Shown here: piece by piece, positions 1 to 13,467 of the stretch
Numbering within the stretch: position 1 is the first letter of the stretch
Layout: every line of letters starts with the position of its first letter
Source of the DNA: Octopus vulgaris
Taxonomy: Eukaryota
Reading direction: 5' to 3'
Length of the DNA stretch: 64,000 bases
Assembly: GCA_951406725.2 (NCBI GenBank)
Contig: OX597817.1
Coordinates: 37,820,001 to 37,884,000 of the forward strand
Program-made: the position numbers and the translations under genes
Notes under the pieces: generated by a model
What the model was told of the DNA's origin: nothing
Database searches by the model: none
What the model saw: only the letters and a program-made list of their open reading frames with translations

Positions 1-59
1 CATGCTGGCATGGAAAGCATACATAAAATGCAGATGATGAAAATGACTGATAGCAGTGT

Positions 60-419
60 TGCACAGCTAGCACCTATGCCAGTGGTATATAACAAGCACC
101 TTTTGAGCATTGGGCCTCAGGGAAGCAATGACAAATGACCAAGGCTTCTGGCAATATGCTGTGCTTGAATGGAAGACCCATCAAGCCAAGTGAAATTGAA
201 GTTGTGGCAGATACTGGTGTCATGCAACTAGCACCCATGTTGGTGGCACATAAAAGCACCCATTACACTCTTGGAGTGGTCGGTATTAGGAAGGGTATCC
301 AGCCATAGAAACTATACCAAATCAGACTAGTGTCTGGTGCAGCCCACAGCTTACTAGCCTTGGTCAAACCGTCCAACCCATGGCAGCATGGACAAGGGAT
401 GTTAAATGATGATGATGAT
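60..419 (+). mobile_element. Old SINE-like element with RTE-type (GAT)n tail
   Basis: Contains TTAGGAAGGGTATCCAGC and AACCCATGGCAGCATGG and ends GTTAAATGATGATGATGAT. Same family as 3330-3812, 11818-12372 and 57492-57750. Confidence 0.7.
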
Positions 420-420
420 G

Positions 421-1213
421 TGTGTGTGCACATGTTATCCTGCATGTGTAACCTAACACAATTAGAAAGAATCACAAAACATATCATTCATCACATGCAG
501 TTTTCTGGCTACAGCCAAAGGGACAGGATCAGAATGTACAAAGGGGCCAGAGCTAAGTACACGGCTATCAGAGAGAATGCTGCAAATGGGATCTGCTTGC
601 TATACAGGAGTAGATCCTGGAATAGCATAGAAAGGACCACAAAGAAGATAGATATGGTTAACTTAGTAATGTTACCCTTTGTGATAAACTAGCATATCTT
701 TTTAGGAAAACCTTATATAATATGAATCTACAAAATAAAGTAGTAGAAAGGCCAGGGACCTCCATGATACACCTGATCTATAGAATATATCTATCTGAAA
801 GGACCCCATGTATGGATAACAACTGTATAATATGTAGGATGAATCCACAAGTAAATTGTAAGATTAGGAATGTAGTCTATAGTATATGATGTACTGAGGA
901 ACAGTGAAGAAACAGGTCAACATACATTGGAGAGACAGCACATAGCATAGGTGAGTGGATAGGTGGACACTGGCAGGAGCTCAAGGAGGTGAAAAGCCCA
1001 TCAGTTCTCTACGAACATGCCCAGTTAGAACATAGAAGCTTGGTTAATAGCATAGACATTAAAATATTATCAACAGGTGCAGGAGTGGCTGTGTGGTAAG
1101 TAGCTAGCTTACCAACCACATGGTTCCTTAGGCAAGTGTTTTCTACTATAGCCTTGGGTTGACCAAAGCCTTGTGAGTGGATCTGGTAGACAGAAACAGA
1201 AAGAAACCATCAC

Positions 1214-1274
<61 letters not shown>

Positions 1275-1590
1275 TATATATACATATATATATATGTATC
1301 ACTTAACCAATGTTGATGTATTTGCATCCCTGTAACTTAGTGGTTCAGCAAAAGAGACAGACAAAATAAGTACTAGGCTTACAAAGAATAAGACCTGGGG
1401 TTGATGTGTTCAACTAAAGGTGGTGCTCCAGCATGGCTGCAATCAAATGACTGAAACAAATAAAAGAGTATAGAACAGACACGAAACTTGAACAGTTTAC
1501 AGAGGCCACACACATTGTAATAGACAGACTAAGCCTCAACAGAAAACATGAATGGATTAATAATACTCCTCCCTTCTACTAGACTACATA
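421..1590 (+). pseudogene. Decayed Penelope-like element: C-terminal ORF region with GIY-YIG endonuclease, split by a SINE
   Basis: Translation from 851 gives VNCKIRNVVYSI*CTEEQ*RNRSTYIGETAHSIGEWIGGHW (VVY..C..YIGET...H motif) with in-frame stops. The sequence resumes after the SINE at about 1471. Confidence 0.75.
1075..1470 (+). mobile_element. tRNA-derived SINE family A (CORE-like, internal microsatellite)
   Basis: Head GGAGTGGCTGTGTGGTAAG (A-box-like), internal (TA)n, tail GGTGCTCCAGCATGG...ATGACTGAAACAA. Many CpG-to-TpG changes. Confidence 0.85.
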
Positions 1591-2386
1591 ACATGATTAC
1601 TCTAGATAGAATGAGAGAAGGAAAAAGAGACACAGATATAAGCACTATAATAAATAAATCCATACACACACACACAAGATACACATACACATACTAAAGA
1701 CAGAATGAGAATAAATAATTACTGAATAAAAAAGCTAAGAAAACATCTAAAGGACATGGGTATAAACAGCATAGTAAACAAATCTATATACATGCACACA
1801 CAGCACACATACTAAACACATAGACATGTGCACACATGCATGCATGCACACACACACACCCACACATATACACACCGATGCAGAGGCAAATACATGTGCA
1901 AATAAGGGTATACACCACAGAAAGACAGAATGAGCAAAACAGAGCAGGAGGAGATATGTGGGATGGAGAGTCACCAGAAGAGTTCACAGGATGTGTGATG
2001 AAAGATTTCACACAAAGGACACAAGAGTAAGAATGATAATAAAGCTGAAGGGAAGACCAAGTGTATTGTGCATATGGTTAATTGGCAAGAAAAGGGTAAG
2101 AATATGACCATCCCTAAATATAACAACACACACACACACACACACACACATACATGTATGTTTACTCTTTACTCTTTTACTTGTTTCAGTCATTTGACTG
2201 TGGCCATGCTGGGGCACCGCCTTTAGTCTAGCAAATCGACCCCAGGACTTATGCTTTGTAAGCCTAGTACTTATTCTATCGGTCTCTTTTGCTGAACCGC
2301 TAAGTTATGGAGACATAAACACACCAGCATCGGTTGTCAAGTGATGCTGGGGGGTGACAAACACAGACACACAAACATATACACAC

Positions 2387-2450
<64 letters not shown>

Positions 2451-2452
2451 AA

Positions 2453-3810
2453 ACACCATCCGATCATGGCCGTTCGCCAGCCTCATCTGGCACCTGTGTC
2501 GGTGGCACATAAAAACACCTTCCGAAGACCCGGCAAGACTAGTCAGTCCACCTGTGCATACCTTCCTTCTTGTGACACTTGTGAAGACCTGTTGAGGCAA
2601 GTGAAAATCAAATCAAATCAAAATAGATGAACATCAATGGAATTTGTATCTTTGTGGTACCAGTGCCTGTGGCACACAAGAAATCCATCCGAACGTGGCC
2701 GTAGTCAGTACCGCATCGACTGGCCATCGTGCTGTGGGCACATAACAAACACCATCCGATCGTGGCCGTTCGCCAGCCTCATCTAGCACCTGTGTCGGTG
2801 GCACATAAAAACACCATCCGAAGACCCGGCAAGACTAGTCAGGCCATATCCCATGGCCCCTACCTGGGACGTAGTCAGTCCACCTGTGCATAACTTCCTC
2901 CTTGTGATACTTGTGAAGGCCTGTTGAGGCAAGTGAAAATCAAAATGAAATCAAAACAAATCAAATCAAATCAAATCAAAACAAATCAAAATAGATGAAC
3001 ATTAATGGAATTGTATCTTTGTGGTACCAGTGCCGGTGGCACACAAGAAAACCATCCGAACGTGGCCGTAGCCAGTACCGCACCGACTGGCCTCCGTGCT
3101 GTGGGCACGTAACAAACACCATCCGATCGTGGCCGTTCGCCAGCCTCATCTGGCACCTGTGTCGGTGGCACATAAAAACACCATCCGAAGACCCGGCAAG
3201 ACTAGTCAGGCCATAACCTGTGGCCCCTACCTGGGACGTAGTCAGTCCACCTGTGCATACCTTCCTTCTTGTGACACTTGTGAAGACCTGTTGAGGCAAG
3301 TGAAAATCAAAACAAATCAAAATAGATGAACATCAATGGAATTTGTATCTTTGTGGTACCAGTGCCGGTGGCACGTGGCACACAAGAAAACCATCCGAAC
3401 GTGGCTGTAGCCAGTACCGCATCGACTGGCCTCCGTGCTGTGGGCACGTAACAAACACCATCCGATCGTGGCCGTTTGCCAGCCTCATCTGGCACCTGTG
3501 TCGGTGGCACATAAAAACACCATCCGAGCGTGGCCGTCTGCCAGCCTCGTCTGGCACCTGTGTCGGTGGCACATAAAAAACACCATCCGAGCGTGGCCGT
3601 TTGCCAGCCTCGTCTGGCACCTGTGTCGGTGGCACATAAAATCACCCACTACACTCTCGGAGTGGTTGGTGTTAGGAAGGGCATCCAGCTGTAGAAACAC
3701 TGCCAGATCTGACTGGACTGGTGCAGCTTTCGGGCTCCCCAGACCCCAGTTGAACCGTCCAACCCATGCTAGCATGGAAAGCGGACGTTAAATGATGATG
3801 ATGATGATGA

Positions 3811-3812
<2 letters not shown>
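2453..3812 (+). repeat. Tandem array of about 330-370 bp units with about 62 bp subrepeats and (CAAAT)n spacers, ending in an RTE-type (GAT)n tail
   Basis: Repeated ACCATCCGATCGTGGCCGTTCGCCAGCCTCATCTGGCACCTGTGTCGGTGGCAC. Units end CCTGTTGAGGCAAGTGAAAAT(CAAAT)n. Confidence 0.85.
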
Positions 3813-3859
<47 letters not shown>

Positions 3860-3865
<6 letters not shown>

Positions 3866-3960
3866 CAATTAGAGACAAAACCACTATTTTGCAAATCAAA
3901 CCAAATCAAACAAATCAAACAAAATTTGAAAAATAGTGGTTTTGTCTCTAATTGATATTA
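3860..3960. repeat. 37-bp inverted repeat (hairpin) flanked by (TA)n
   Basis: TAATATCAATTAGAGACAAAACCACTATTTT pairs with AAAATAGTGGTTTTGTCTCTAATTGATATTA. Confidence 0.9.
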
Positions 3961-4038
3961 TATAATATTTTACTATAAAATTGGATTCAATCCTAAATCT
4001 GATTTTTCCCTGTAAATTTGGATTTATTCCCTAATATG

Positions 4039-4095
<57 letters not shown>

Positions 4096-4628
4096 CATAT
4101 ATATGACGAGCTTCTTTCAGTTTCCATCTACCAAAACCACTCACAAGGCTTTGGTCAGCCCGAGGCTATATTAGAAGACACTTGCCCAAGATGCCACTGG
4201 GACTGAACCCAGAACCATGTGGCTGGTATGCAAGCTACTTACCACACAGCCACCAGCCACTCCTAACTTTTCATAAGTCAGAAAAATACAGAGAATTCAT
4301 ATATTAGATAACAGAGTGAGTATATTGTTAATACATTATAAATTGAATCTCATATCAATCAATTCCTGATAGTGAATGGTTTCATGTTGAAGAACTTCCC
4401 AAGTGTGTAAAAGTAAATAAGCAAACATTGAACACGGTTAAATGGAGGGATGTAGCTTGATCTCTAGATTACGGTAATTAAGAGCCCAGGCTATATTCTT
4501 ATATTTAGCTAAGTCTAATGTTAATTTGCTTTTATACAGTTGCAGATTCTTCAATATGAAACCATTCGGTAACCCGAATTGGATGTTATAAGACTAAACT
4601 TATAATGTTGTATAAATAGTATATATGT

Positions 4629-5047
4629 ATAGGAGTGGCTGTGTGGTAAGTAGCTTGCTTACCAACCACATGGTTCTGGGTTCAGTCCCACTGCGTGGCA
4701 CCTTGGGCAAGTATCTTCCACTATAGCTTCAGGCTGACCAAAGCCTTGTTAGTAGATTTGGTAGACAGAAACTGAAAGAAGCCCATTGTATATATGTATA
4801 TATATGTACATATGTACGTGTGTGTATATGTTTGTGTGTCTGTGTTTGTCCCCCCAACATCGCTTGACAACCGATGCTGGTGTGTTTACGTACCTGTAAC
4901 TTAGCGGTTTGGTAAAAGAGACTGATAGAATAAGTACTAGGCTTACAAAAAATAAGTCCTGGGGTCGATTTGCTCGACTAAAGGCAGTGCTGCAGCATGG
5001 CCAGAGTGAAATGACTGAAACAAGTAAAAGAGTAAAAGAGTAAAAGA
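4629..5047 (+). mobile_element. SINE family A, full length
   Basis: A-box-like TGGCTGTGTGG, B-box-like GGTTCAGTCCC, ACCTTGGGCAAGT, (GTAAAAGA)n tail. Confidence 0.9.
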
Positions 5048-5276
5048 CACACACACACACACAACCCACATACATATATACATTCATGCATATATGCAAA
5101 CACATATTTATCTTAAACACACACATGCAATATGTAGATAGGATTATAATCCAAGCTGTATCCTCATGAAGCACATCTGCATATTCCAGTTCCCCACAGT
5201 GTATTTGTAGATATCATGATCAATGTGAAAGTTGAAGATACCAGAGAATACTGTTAAATACAGGAAAATATTTTCC

Positions 5277-5307
<31 letters not shown>

Positions 5308-5769
5308 ATGTAAATGTGTGTGTTTGTGTGTGTACACATGCACACATAATTTATATCCCTTACTCTGTGATGTTATAACCTATTAGTATTCATATTATGG
5401 ATTTGCTGTAAGTGATAATACAAAAGAATTTTAGTGTGATATTGGCCTATGTTTGCTGCTAATTGCTGTAGCATATCTCCTGATGGTTACATAGCAGATA
5501 GATTGTCTACGATTTTCACATGGGAAGAGACTAGAATTGTCAAGCTTATCCAGTAAAAGGATGTTAATATTTATTTCAATGTGAAGTGTATTCAAATGTC
5601 ACTTGGCATAGTTAGTAACATGATTGTCCAGCAAGTGAAAGATGTGTGGTTTGACACTTATGGTATGATCTTAGACCATACATGTAGGTATCTTTCATTT
5701 GTATGTGTGTGTCTGCGGTGGCGGGCGCTTGTGCAATGTCTTAGTCAGAATCAAGGTGACATACTGGTT

Positions 5770-6150
5770 GAACAGTATTTTATACAGTGACATAATAGCG
5801 AAGAGACAGGCTTGGAAGAATGGAAGAAAGAAGGCAGCATAGAGAAAATGCAAACAGCTAGAAAGGAAGCCAAACATCAGGTATATGTATCACATGGGGA
5901 GAGGCAGAAAGGAAGAGCTGCACACGTTCTATGATGTGAGATCCAGAAGCACAAGGTGATCCGCATAGCTGTACAGTGTTCTAGATAATATGGAGATGTC
6001 AGGGAGAAAAGTATATGGAATGATAACAGCACACTCACTGTCACTGACATTGAAAAGCAAGAGGCATGGAAGTGCTATTATGAAAGATTGCTGAAGGTGA
6101 AAAATGCATAGGAAAGAGAGCATCTTCTAATGTAGACCCTACAGAGGGGT
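5770..6150 (+). pseudogene. RTE LINE ORF2 fragment
   Basis: EAWKCYYERLLKV-like segment typical of the RTE linker before RT; stops and frameshifts. Confidence 0.55.
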
Positions 6151-6245
6151 CTGATGCAACTAAACAGCCAAGTTATAACTACTCTGCATTAATACATGGT
6201 TGTGTGTGTATTTATGTAGTTATCTCTGTTTATATGGGTGTGCAT

Positions 6246-6283
<38 letters not shown>

Positions 6284-6329
6284 ATGCGTGTGTGTATGTG
6301 TATATGTGTGTGTCAGCCCTTTCTGTTTG

Positions 6330-6661
6330 TTTTCACTGTCCTGTTTGTGTTACCTATTTTGACCCTCTGCAAAATCCTAAATTTTACGTAATTTGCTTTG
6401 CAGGAGCAACTGGTTTATCAAAGCATATATTGATGTTAAATGATTGAAATGCGAGAGAAGAAAAAAAACCCTACAACTGATGACGGGTAGTTGTTTATGC
6501 TGTTTATTTTGTTTTCCATTTGTGTCTTTCATTATTCGAAAGAATAGTTCATGTTCATTGTATTCATGCTTCGTACGTTTTTGTTGTACACGTTTTGTGA
6601 TGTCCTGTTCCCACATATGCATATATATATATACATATAGATGTAAGTATGTACCTATACG

Positions 6662-6708
<47 letters not shown>

Positions 6709-7050
6709 AATAATATATAAATATATGCATATATACATACATATATGTGCATACGTACATCTATATGTATATATACATGCATATATGGGTACAGGACATC
6801 AAAAAAATGTTGAACACAATGAGAAACTAAAACATAAAAACAAAAACATGGAAACGAACTTATTTGCCAACAACGAAAAAACAGAGTACAAGATATACAA
6901 CAAAAGGAATATTCCCCATTCCCCTTCTTCAGTTGTCCCTGTTTCGTCTACTCTGCATTTCGAAGGTAAGGACAAGACACAACTTCATTGAAACAGTCCT
7001 TCCCGCAGAGCAAATTAAATAAAATTTGGGATTTTTTGCAGAGGGTAACA
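6330..7050. mobile_element. Head-to-head pair of microsatellite-embedded repeats (putative Penelope pLTR-like family)
   Basis: 6330-6620 is the reverse complement of the 36200-36490 family. 6785-7050 is a related copy in the opposite orientation. They share a central (TA)n. Confidence 0.65.
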
Positions 7051-7329
7051 CAGGAATGAAAACACACCAACACCAGTTGTCAAGCAAGCTGTGATGGGGA
7101 AAAAACACAGACATAAAGACACACACACACACAGATATACAGCTTGCTTGACAACTGGTGTTGGTGTGCTTTCATCCCTGTAACTTAGCAGATCAGCAAA
7201 AGAGACTAATAGAATAAGTATCAGACTTAAAAAATAAGTACTGGTCAATTCATTTGGCTAAAAACTCAACGTGATGCCCCAGCATGGCCACAGTCTAATG
7301 ACTGAAATAAATAAAAGATAAAAGATAAC

Positions 7330-8181
7330 CCCTTTAGAATCTTTCCCATTGGCTGCTGCTTGCACAGCACTTGTCTTTTTGAGCTACTAATTATCTTTCA
7401 TTTTTCTCAAATTATTCTATATGACAGATTTTAGGATTTATATTCTTCATTAACCCATATTAATTCACTGTCCTTGTCTGAGGACAGCTATATTTGGTTT
7501 ATTTACTGCAATAAATGTTAACTGGATGCAAAATAGTGCTTGTTGTATTTATTTAACCATTGTATCTGGTTTATTTACAGCAATAAGGGTTAACTGGATG
7601 TTTACATATGTTTGTTATCCCTATTTATATAACTATCTTCAAAATCTCAACAGGGTTAATCTGGGTTAAATTGGGTTAACCATTGGCATTGGAAAATTGA
7701 GCATGAAGTTGTCTATGAAATTACTGTTTCTTTTGAAGGCTCAAATTGCTGCATTATTTTCTGCAAACCAGTCTGCAACTCTCTATGTTCTGAAACTAAT
7801 AGGAGTTGATGCTGCTTCATACACCTTGGGTTTAAAATCATTATGGAAGTCTTCCTCCCCAAGGATGATGTTACTAACTGCATCTTGATAGTTTCAAGTG
7901 AAATAGGAGATGTTAAATTACTTTTGATTTTTTTAGGAAGTGTTAGAAGTAAATATTACTCTTTACTCTTTTACTTGTTTCAGTCATTTGACTGCGGCCA
8001 TGCTGGAGTACCACCTTTAGTCGAGCAAAAAAAACCCCAGGACTTATTCTTTGGAAGCCTAGTACTTATTCTATCGGTCTCTTTTGCCGACCCACTAAGT
8101 TATGGGGACACAAATACACCAACATTGGTTGTCAAGCGATGTTGAGAGGACAAACACAGACACACAAACATATACACACAT

Positions 8182-8237
<56 letters not shown>

Positions 8238-8810
8238 AGGTATAAAAATTATATATAAAAAGGGGCCAGAACGTGAAATACACAAAGAGACGACACAAAA
8301 AAACGGAACACATATATATGACAGGCTTCTTTCAGTTTCCAGCTGCCAAATCCACTCACAAGGCTTTGGTCAGCCCGAGGCTATAGTAGAAGACACTTGC
8401 CCAAGGTGCCACACAGTGGTAATGAACCCAGAACCATGTGGTTGGTAAACAAGCTACTTACCACACAGCCACTCCTGCGCCTAGGTTTTGATTTCAAATC
8501 TAAGCCTACCTTGGCCCTTACAAGTCTATGGTCAGTCCAGCATTCTGTTCTGCTCATTGTCAGTACACTAAGAATGTCTTTTTAATCAACTGTGCAGACT
8601 AGAACAATGGTGAAAAATGTGTTATTCTCCAGTTTTAGGTAACAAGAAATAAATCTTTCTGCTGTAGTACTTGGATATTCTTTAAGTGATGATGCAATTG
8701 TGTTTTTGTTTTTTTTAATCACAAAACCTACACCTGATTTATTACACTTTCCAAAGCAATGTATATTCACTTCCATCTTTGGTAAGTTGCTCTGCATCAT
8801 GGAAATACGT
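7330..8810 (-). pseudogene. Decayed RTE LINE APE-endonuclease region, interrupted by SINE A (7957-8483)
   Basis: Minus-strand motifs SGVGFVIKK...AERFIS...FFTIV (8582-8800), TECWTDHRLVRAK (about 8510-8550) and VADWFAENNAAI (about 7745-7780). Confidence 0.75.
7957..8483 (-). mobile_element. SINE family A, full length
   Basis: Reverse complement of the 4629 copy, with internal (CA)n(TA)n. Confidence 0.9.
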
Positions 8811-9094
8811 TTCAGACAGGGCTGCTACGTCAATGTTATATGCTCATGCATATATCTTTTATCTTTTACTTGTTTCAGTCATTGGACTACAGCCATGCTG
8901 GAGCACTGCCTTAAAGGGTTTACTTTAACAAATCAACCTCAGCTCTTATTTTTTAAGTGTGGCACTTATTTTATCAGTCTTTTTTGCTGAATAGCTAAGT
9001 TATAGGAACATAAGCAAACTAGCACCAGTTCTCAAGTGGTGGTGGGGGTCAAATACAAACATAAAAATACACACACACATATATGTATATATAT

Positions 9095-9475
9095 TAGAGA
9101 GGAATGAAGTTGGTATGCTCCATTGGATGTGCAATGTCAGTGGGCATATACTACAAAGTGCTGCTGTATTGAGAGAAAAGTTAGGGATAAGAGTAATTAG
9201 ATACAGCATGTAAGAGAGAAGATTGTCATGGTTTGGTTATGTGATGCATATGGGTGAGAACAGTTGCATAGAGAAGTGCTGATTGCTTAAAGTGGATAGA
9301 ACTTGTGGAGGAAGAAGACCCAGGAAGACACAGAATGAAGTATTGAAGATCAATCTCAGGATGTTGAATCTTATGGAGGAGATGACAAAGGATTGAGATA
9401 ATTGGTATTTTGCTGTGCTCAAAAGGACCCAACCACCACAGCAGAAATGGTAGCCTAAAACCACCTTGGTAATGC
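9095..9475 (+). pseudogene. RTE LINE 3' end fragment
   Basis: ERNE..MLHWMCNVS...LREKLGIR...RRLSWFGYVMHM...GRRPRKT, the typical RTE C-terminus. Confidence 0.8.

Positions 9476-9477
<2 letters not shown>

Positions 9478-9570
<93 letters not shown>
9478..9570. repeat. (GT)n microsatellite
   Basis: Perfect dinucleotide run. Confidence 0.95.
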
Positions 9571-9573
<3 letters not shown>

Positions 9574-10192
9574 AGAGATGTTACCCCACCTTAACTCTCT
9601 CTGCACCATCAAGCATTTCCCAACATCTCATCTCCTAACACTCATCACTTCTCTATCTATGGTACATCTCTACTGCTGTAATCACCTCAGAGCAGAACAG
9701 GTACATCCTACATCCCCCACTTTTGGTTACCTTTCTCTTTACCTCATCCCTGGACCCACTTCCATTTCTCATTATCCTCCAGGCTCACTATTTCCACCAA
9801 CCACCTCCTTTCTGTATCTTCAGCCATCGGCCTGTCTCCTCTGCTATACTCTATCATGAACACCACCACTCTTATCTTTTTTCAATCTCAATGCCCTCAC
9901 GTATCTACAATAGCCTCACCCGCAAGCCATTCCTATATCTCTCACCATAACTTGCTGTATTCGCTGCTACTCTGTTTCAAACCATCTCTCTTCACACTCT
10001 GATGAAACTTACGCCTCTATCACACCTGCCCACACTCACCTTGTTCAGTCCTCTTCACTTATATTCACCTCCCTTGAGAATAGGTCCCAACAACTCCACC
10101 TCCACCACCTCTCTTGCTCTTCTCTCTCTCTCTTTCCTTTCTTTTCCAACTGGGTAGTCATGCACCTCCTCTACAGCAAGACACCTATATAC

Positions 10193-10581
10193 TCTCTCTT
10201 TTACTTGTTTCAGTCATTTGACTGCGGCCATGCTGGAGCACCGCCTTTAGTCGAGCAAATCGACCCCGGGACTTATTCTTTGTAAGCCCAGTACTTATTC
10301 TATCGGTCTCTTTTGCTGAACCGCTAAGTGACGGGGACGTAAACACGCCAGCATCGGTTGTCAAGCAATGCTAGGGGGACAAACACAGACACACAAATAC
10401 ATATATATATACATATATACGACAGACTTCTTTCAGTTTCCATCTATCAAATCCACTCACAAGGCTTTGGTCGGCCCGAGGCTATAGCAGAAGACACTTG
10501 CCCAAGATGCCACGCAGTGGGACTGAATCCAGAACCATGTGGTTGGTAAGCAAGCTACTTACCACACAGCCACTCCTGCGC
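10193..10581 (-). mobile_element. SINE family A, young copy
   Basis: Near-consensus sequence with CpGs retained. Confidence 0.9.
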
Positions 10582-10873
10582 ACTTTTTAACCCCTCCTCA
10601 ACTGAAACAATGCGACCACTCTCAATACTACTCCTCCTCCCACTTTGCAGGTTACTTAGTGACCCTGCCAGTGCTGGTGCCATGTAAAAAGCACTCAATA
10701 CACTCTGCAAAGTGATTGGCATCAAGAAAAGCATCCAACTGTAGATACCATGCCAAAGCAGATTTTAGAGCTTAGCATAGTTTTCTGGCTTATCAGCTCC
10801 TGTCAAACTGTTCAACATATGCCTGTAGGGAAAACGGTTGTTAAATGATGATGATGATAATATATATGCATGT

Positions 10874-10907
<34 letters not shown>

Positions 10908-10912
10908 AGGTA

Positions 10913-10946
<34 letters not shown>

Positions 10947-11019
10947 AAGGTATGTGTGTATATATATATATAAGGATTTATCTATACATATAAGGGTATA
11001 TATATATGTAGTATTCAAA

Positions 11020-12339
11020 GAAATTTTATCCTTTTATAATATTATTCTTAATCTTCTTGACAACCCTAAATTTTAACTTTATACAATATGACAATATTGT
11101 CTGAAATGGTTTTAGAAATTACTTTATTTATCCCTTTCTTAAAGTATTCTACCCTCCTGAAATTAGTATTTATAAAGGCCTTTATATAAGTAGCCCTTCT
11201 AATTAAGTACCTCTAAGAAATTATAATATCATGTATGGAGTAACACTAATAACTTCTAAAACCTATCATATACCTCTTAGTTTTATAATTAGTATATAAT
11301 TAGAATGTCCTATAACATCAATATTCTTTTAGCTAATACCAGGTATCAGTCTTTCTTGATACAAGCTAAGTAAGTAAATAAATAATTTTTAGTTTAAAAT
11401 ACTTATATTATTATAAATTTTCTATAAATCTTCTGTATTGATGTTAATATATACTTTTTCATGGTTTTTAGTGATTAAGCTATTTTATTCCTTTTTTATG
11501 GTGTTCTGCCCTACCTGATTATTTTATTTTATAATAGCCTTTATTTATAAAATAAATCTAATTTTTGTACCCCTATAAATTCATACTTAGCTTATATAAA
11601 ACAATACTGGTATCTTCACTACTTAAAATAAACTGCTAAGATTATAATTTAATTAATATATAGTTAGCATGTTCTTTTACCTCAGTACTCCTTTATTAAA
11701 TACCAGTAAATACCAATTGATCAATCTTTGCAGATACCATCTAATAAGTGAGTATTTAAGTATATAATTTGTATAAATATTAAACTATTTCTATGTAATT
11801 TCTTTTCCTCCCTCTATCAAAATCAAAATCAAATCAAACCAAATCAGATATCAGAAAGCAGAACAAAAATCGAAGTCGATCAACATCAATGGAAATTGCG
11901 GCTGTGATACCAGTGCCGGTGACAAGTAAGCGAACCATCCGATCGTGGCCGTTGCCAGCGCCACCCCGACTGGCCTCCATACCGGTGACATGTAAAAAGC
12001 ACCATCTGTTCGTGGCCGTTGCCAGCCTTGCCTGGCCCCCGTGCCGGTGGCATGTAAAAAGCACCATCCGTTCGTGGCCGTTGCTAGCGCCGCCCCGACT
12101 GGCCTCCGTGCCGGTGGCACGTAAAAGCACCAACCATTCGTGTCCGTTGCCAGCCTCGCCTGGCCCCTGTGCAGGTAGCACGTAAAAAGCACCCACTACA
12201 CTCGCAGAGTGGTTGGCATTAGGAAGGGCATCCAGCTGTAGAAACACTGCCAGATCAGACTGGGCCTGATGCAGCCTTCTGGCTTCACAGACCCCAGCTG
12301 AACCGTCCAACCCATGCTAGCATGGAAAATGGACGCTAA

Positions 12340-12375
<36 letters not shown>

Positions 12376-13030
12376 GTGGTAAAAATTTGGTATATACTCA
12401 AAAGTATTAAAAAAACTTTTTATCCTTTTGTTATAATATTTAATTGTCAGCTAACATCTTGATTTAAGATTTCTTTTACCAAATCTCATTATATTGCATC
12501 AAATTAATCTTGATAGTTTTTATTACTATACCCATTATGATTTCTGGCGGCTCCCTCAGCCCCTTTCCTAACAGACAATGCTCCTTGTTCTTTGGCCTTA
12601 GATATACAAAGATTTGATAAACTAGACTATAAATTAAAACTAACCCTATAAAACAGTGACAAGCTAGATCTCTAACAAGTCTTTCTTCCCCATACCTTAG
12701 TAGCTTCTAAGCTGAAGTGAAGACAGCATGTTCTTAGTCTATCTCCTTACCTTCTTGGAGGTTTTAGGTAAAATTATACCAATGTGTCCATCTGTTTAAA
12801 TTTAATTTAATTAATGTATTTATGCAGCTGAGTATTGCTCTGAATTTAAATTGATGTAATGATTGCATTGTTCAATTAAATGGAGTTACTTGAAACGACT
12901 GTACTGCATTACCTTTGGATATCCTTGTTGTTTATTTTGATTTTAACCACCTTATTTTGAAATTGTATGGATAATACTGTACTAAACTCTGGTGCCTCAA
13001 TGTAAGTACCTAATTCATCTGAATCTAAAT
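11020..13030 (-). pseudogene. Highly decayed LINE ORF2, possibly L1/Tx1-like, interrupted by 11818-12372
   Basis: Weak co-linear motifs on the minus strand: KVVKIKINN (about 12930), SSLSNLCISKAK, IMGIVI, GKRNLKSR.LT, LIEGG. Nearly CpG-free. Confidence 0.35.
11818..12372 (+). mobile_element. RTE-tail SINE-like element with about 62 bp internal subrepeats
   Basis: Starts with (CAAAAT)n, repeats ACCATCCGTTCGTGGCCGTTGCCAGC, ends GCTAAA(TGA)n. Confidence 0.8.
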
Positions 13031-13467
13031 TTTTGCATAATATATATATATATATATATATATAGGCACAGGAGTTGCTGTGTGGTAAGTAGCTTGCTTT
13101 CCAACCACATGGTTCCGGGTTCAGTCCCACTGTGTGACACCTAGGGCAAGTGTCTTCTACTATAGTAAGTGTCTTCTACTTGAGTGATACGCACGGACTG
13201 CAGTTTTGAGGTATTTGCCTCTTGTCAACGTATGGTAATCACCAGTTTTCGATGAAGAGAGACCTGTGCCTAAAGCCAGCTGGAGACAATGATCTCCTGG
13301 GGCTAAAAGCTACAGTAACACCCACCCTTAGTGGTTAGCCATATTGAGATGGCTAGTATACTTTACATAATATAATATATTTCAGGGTAGTAAAATATTA
13401 TTTGGAAATTTTTTACCACCGTGTAGAAAAACTTACTCAATAAACTATATATTAGTCTTATATATAC

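Larger units (their letters stand above)
2160..4265 (-). mobile_element. SINE family A split into a 3' half (2160-2440) and a 5' half (about 4100-4265) by insertions in its internal microsatellite
   Basis: The two halves are co-oriented and together make one complete copy. They flank the tandem array and a hairpin. Confidence 0.75.

Noticed and set aside
2453-3640. CRISPR-like repeat array
   Set aside because: There are no unique spacers and no cas genes, the context is eukaryotic, and it is a tandem repeat.
4629-4700. tRNA genes at SINE heads
   Set aside because: Only A/B-box-like motifs are present, with no complete cloverleaf, and they continue into SINE bodies.
11020-11820. Polinton-type integrase plus chromodomain interpretation
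   Set aside because: The motif matches are too weak, and the co-linear LINE-like motifs in 12375-13030 favour a LINE remnant.
12913-13024. Apparent minus-strand coding exon (DSDELGTYIEAPEF...KDIQ) with donor GTAATG
   Set aside because: The acceptor is weak, and the peptide fits better as part of a decayed LINE RT region continuing to about 11020.
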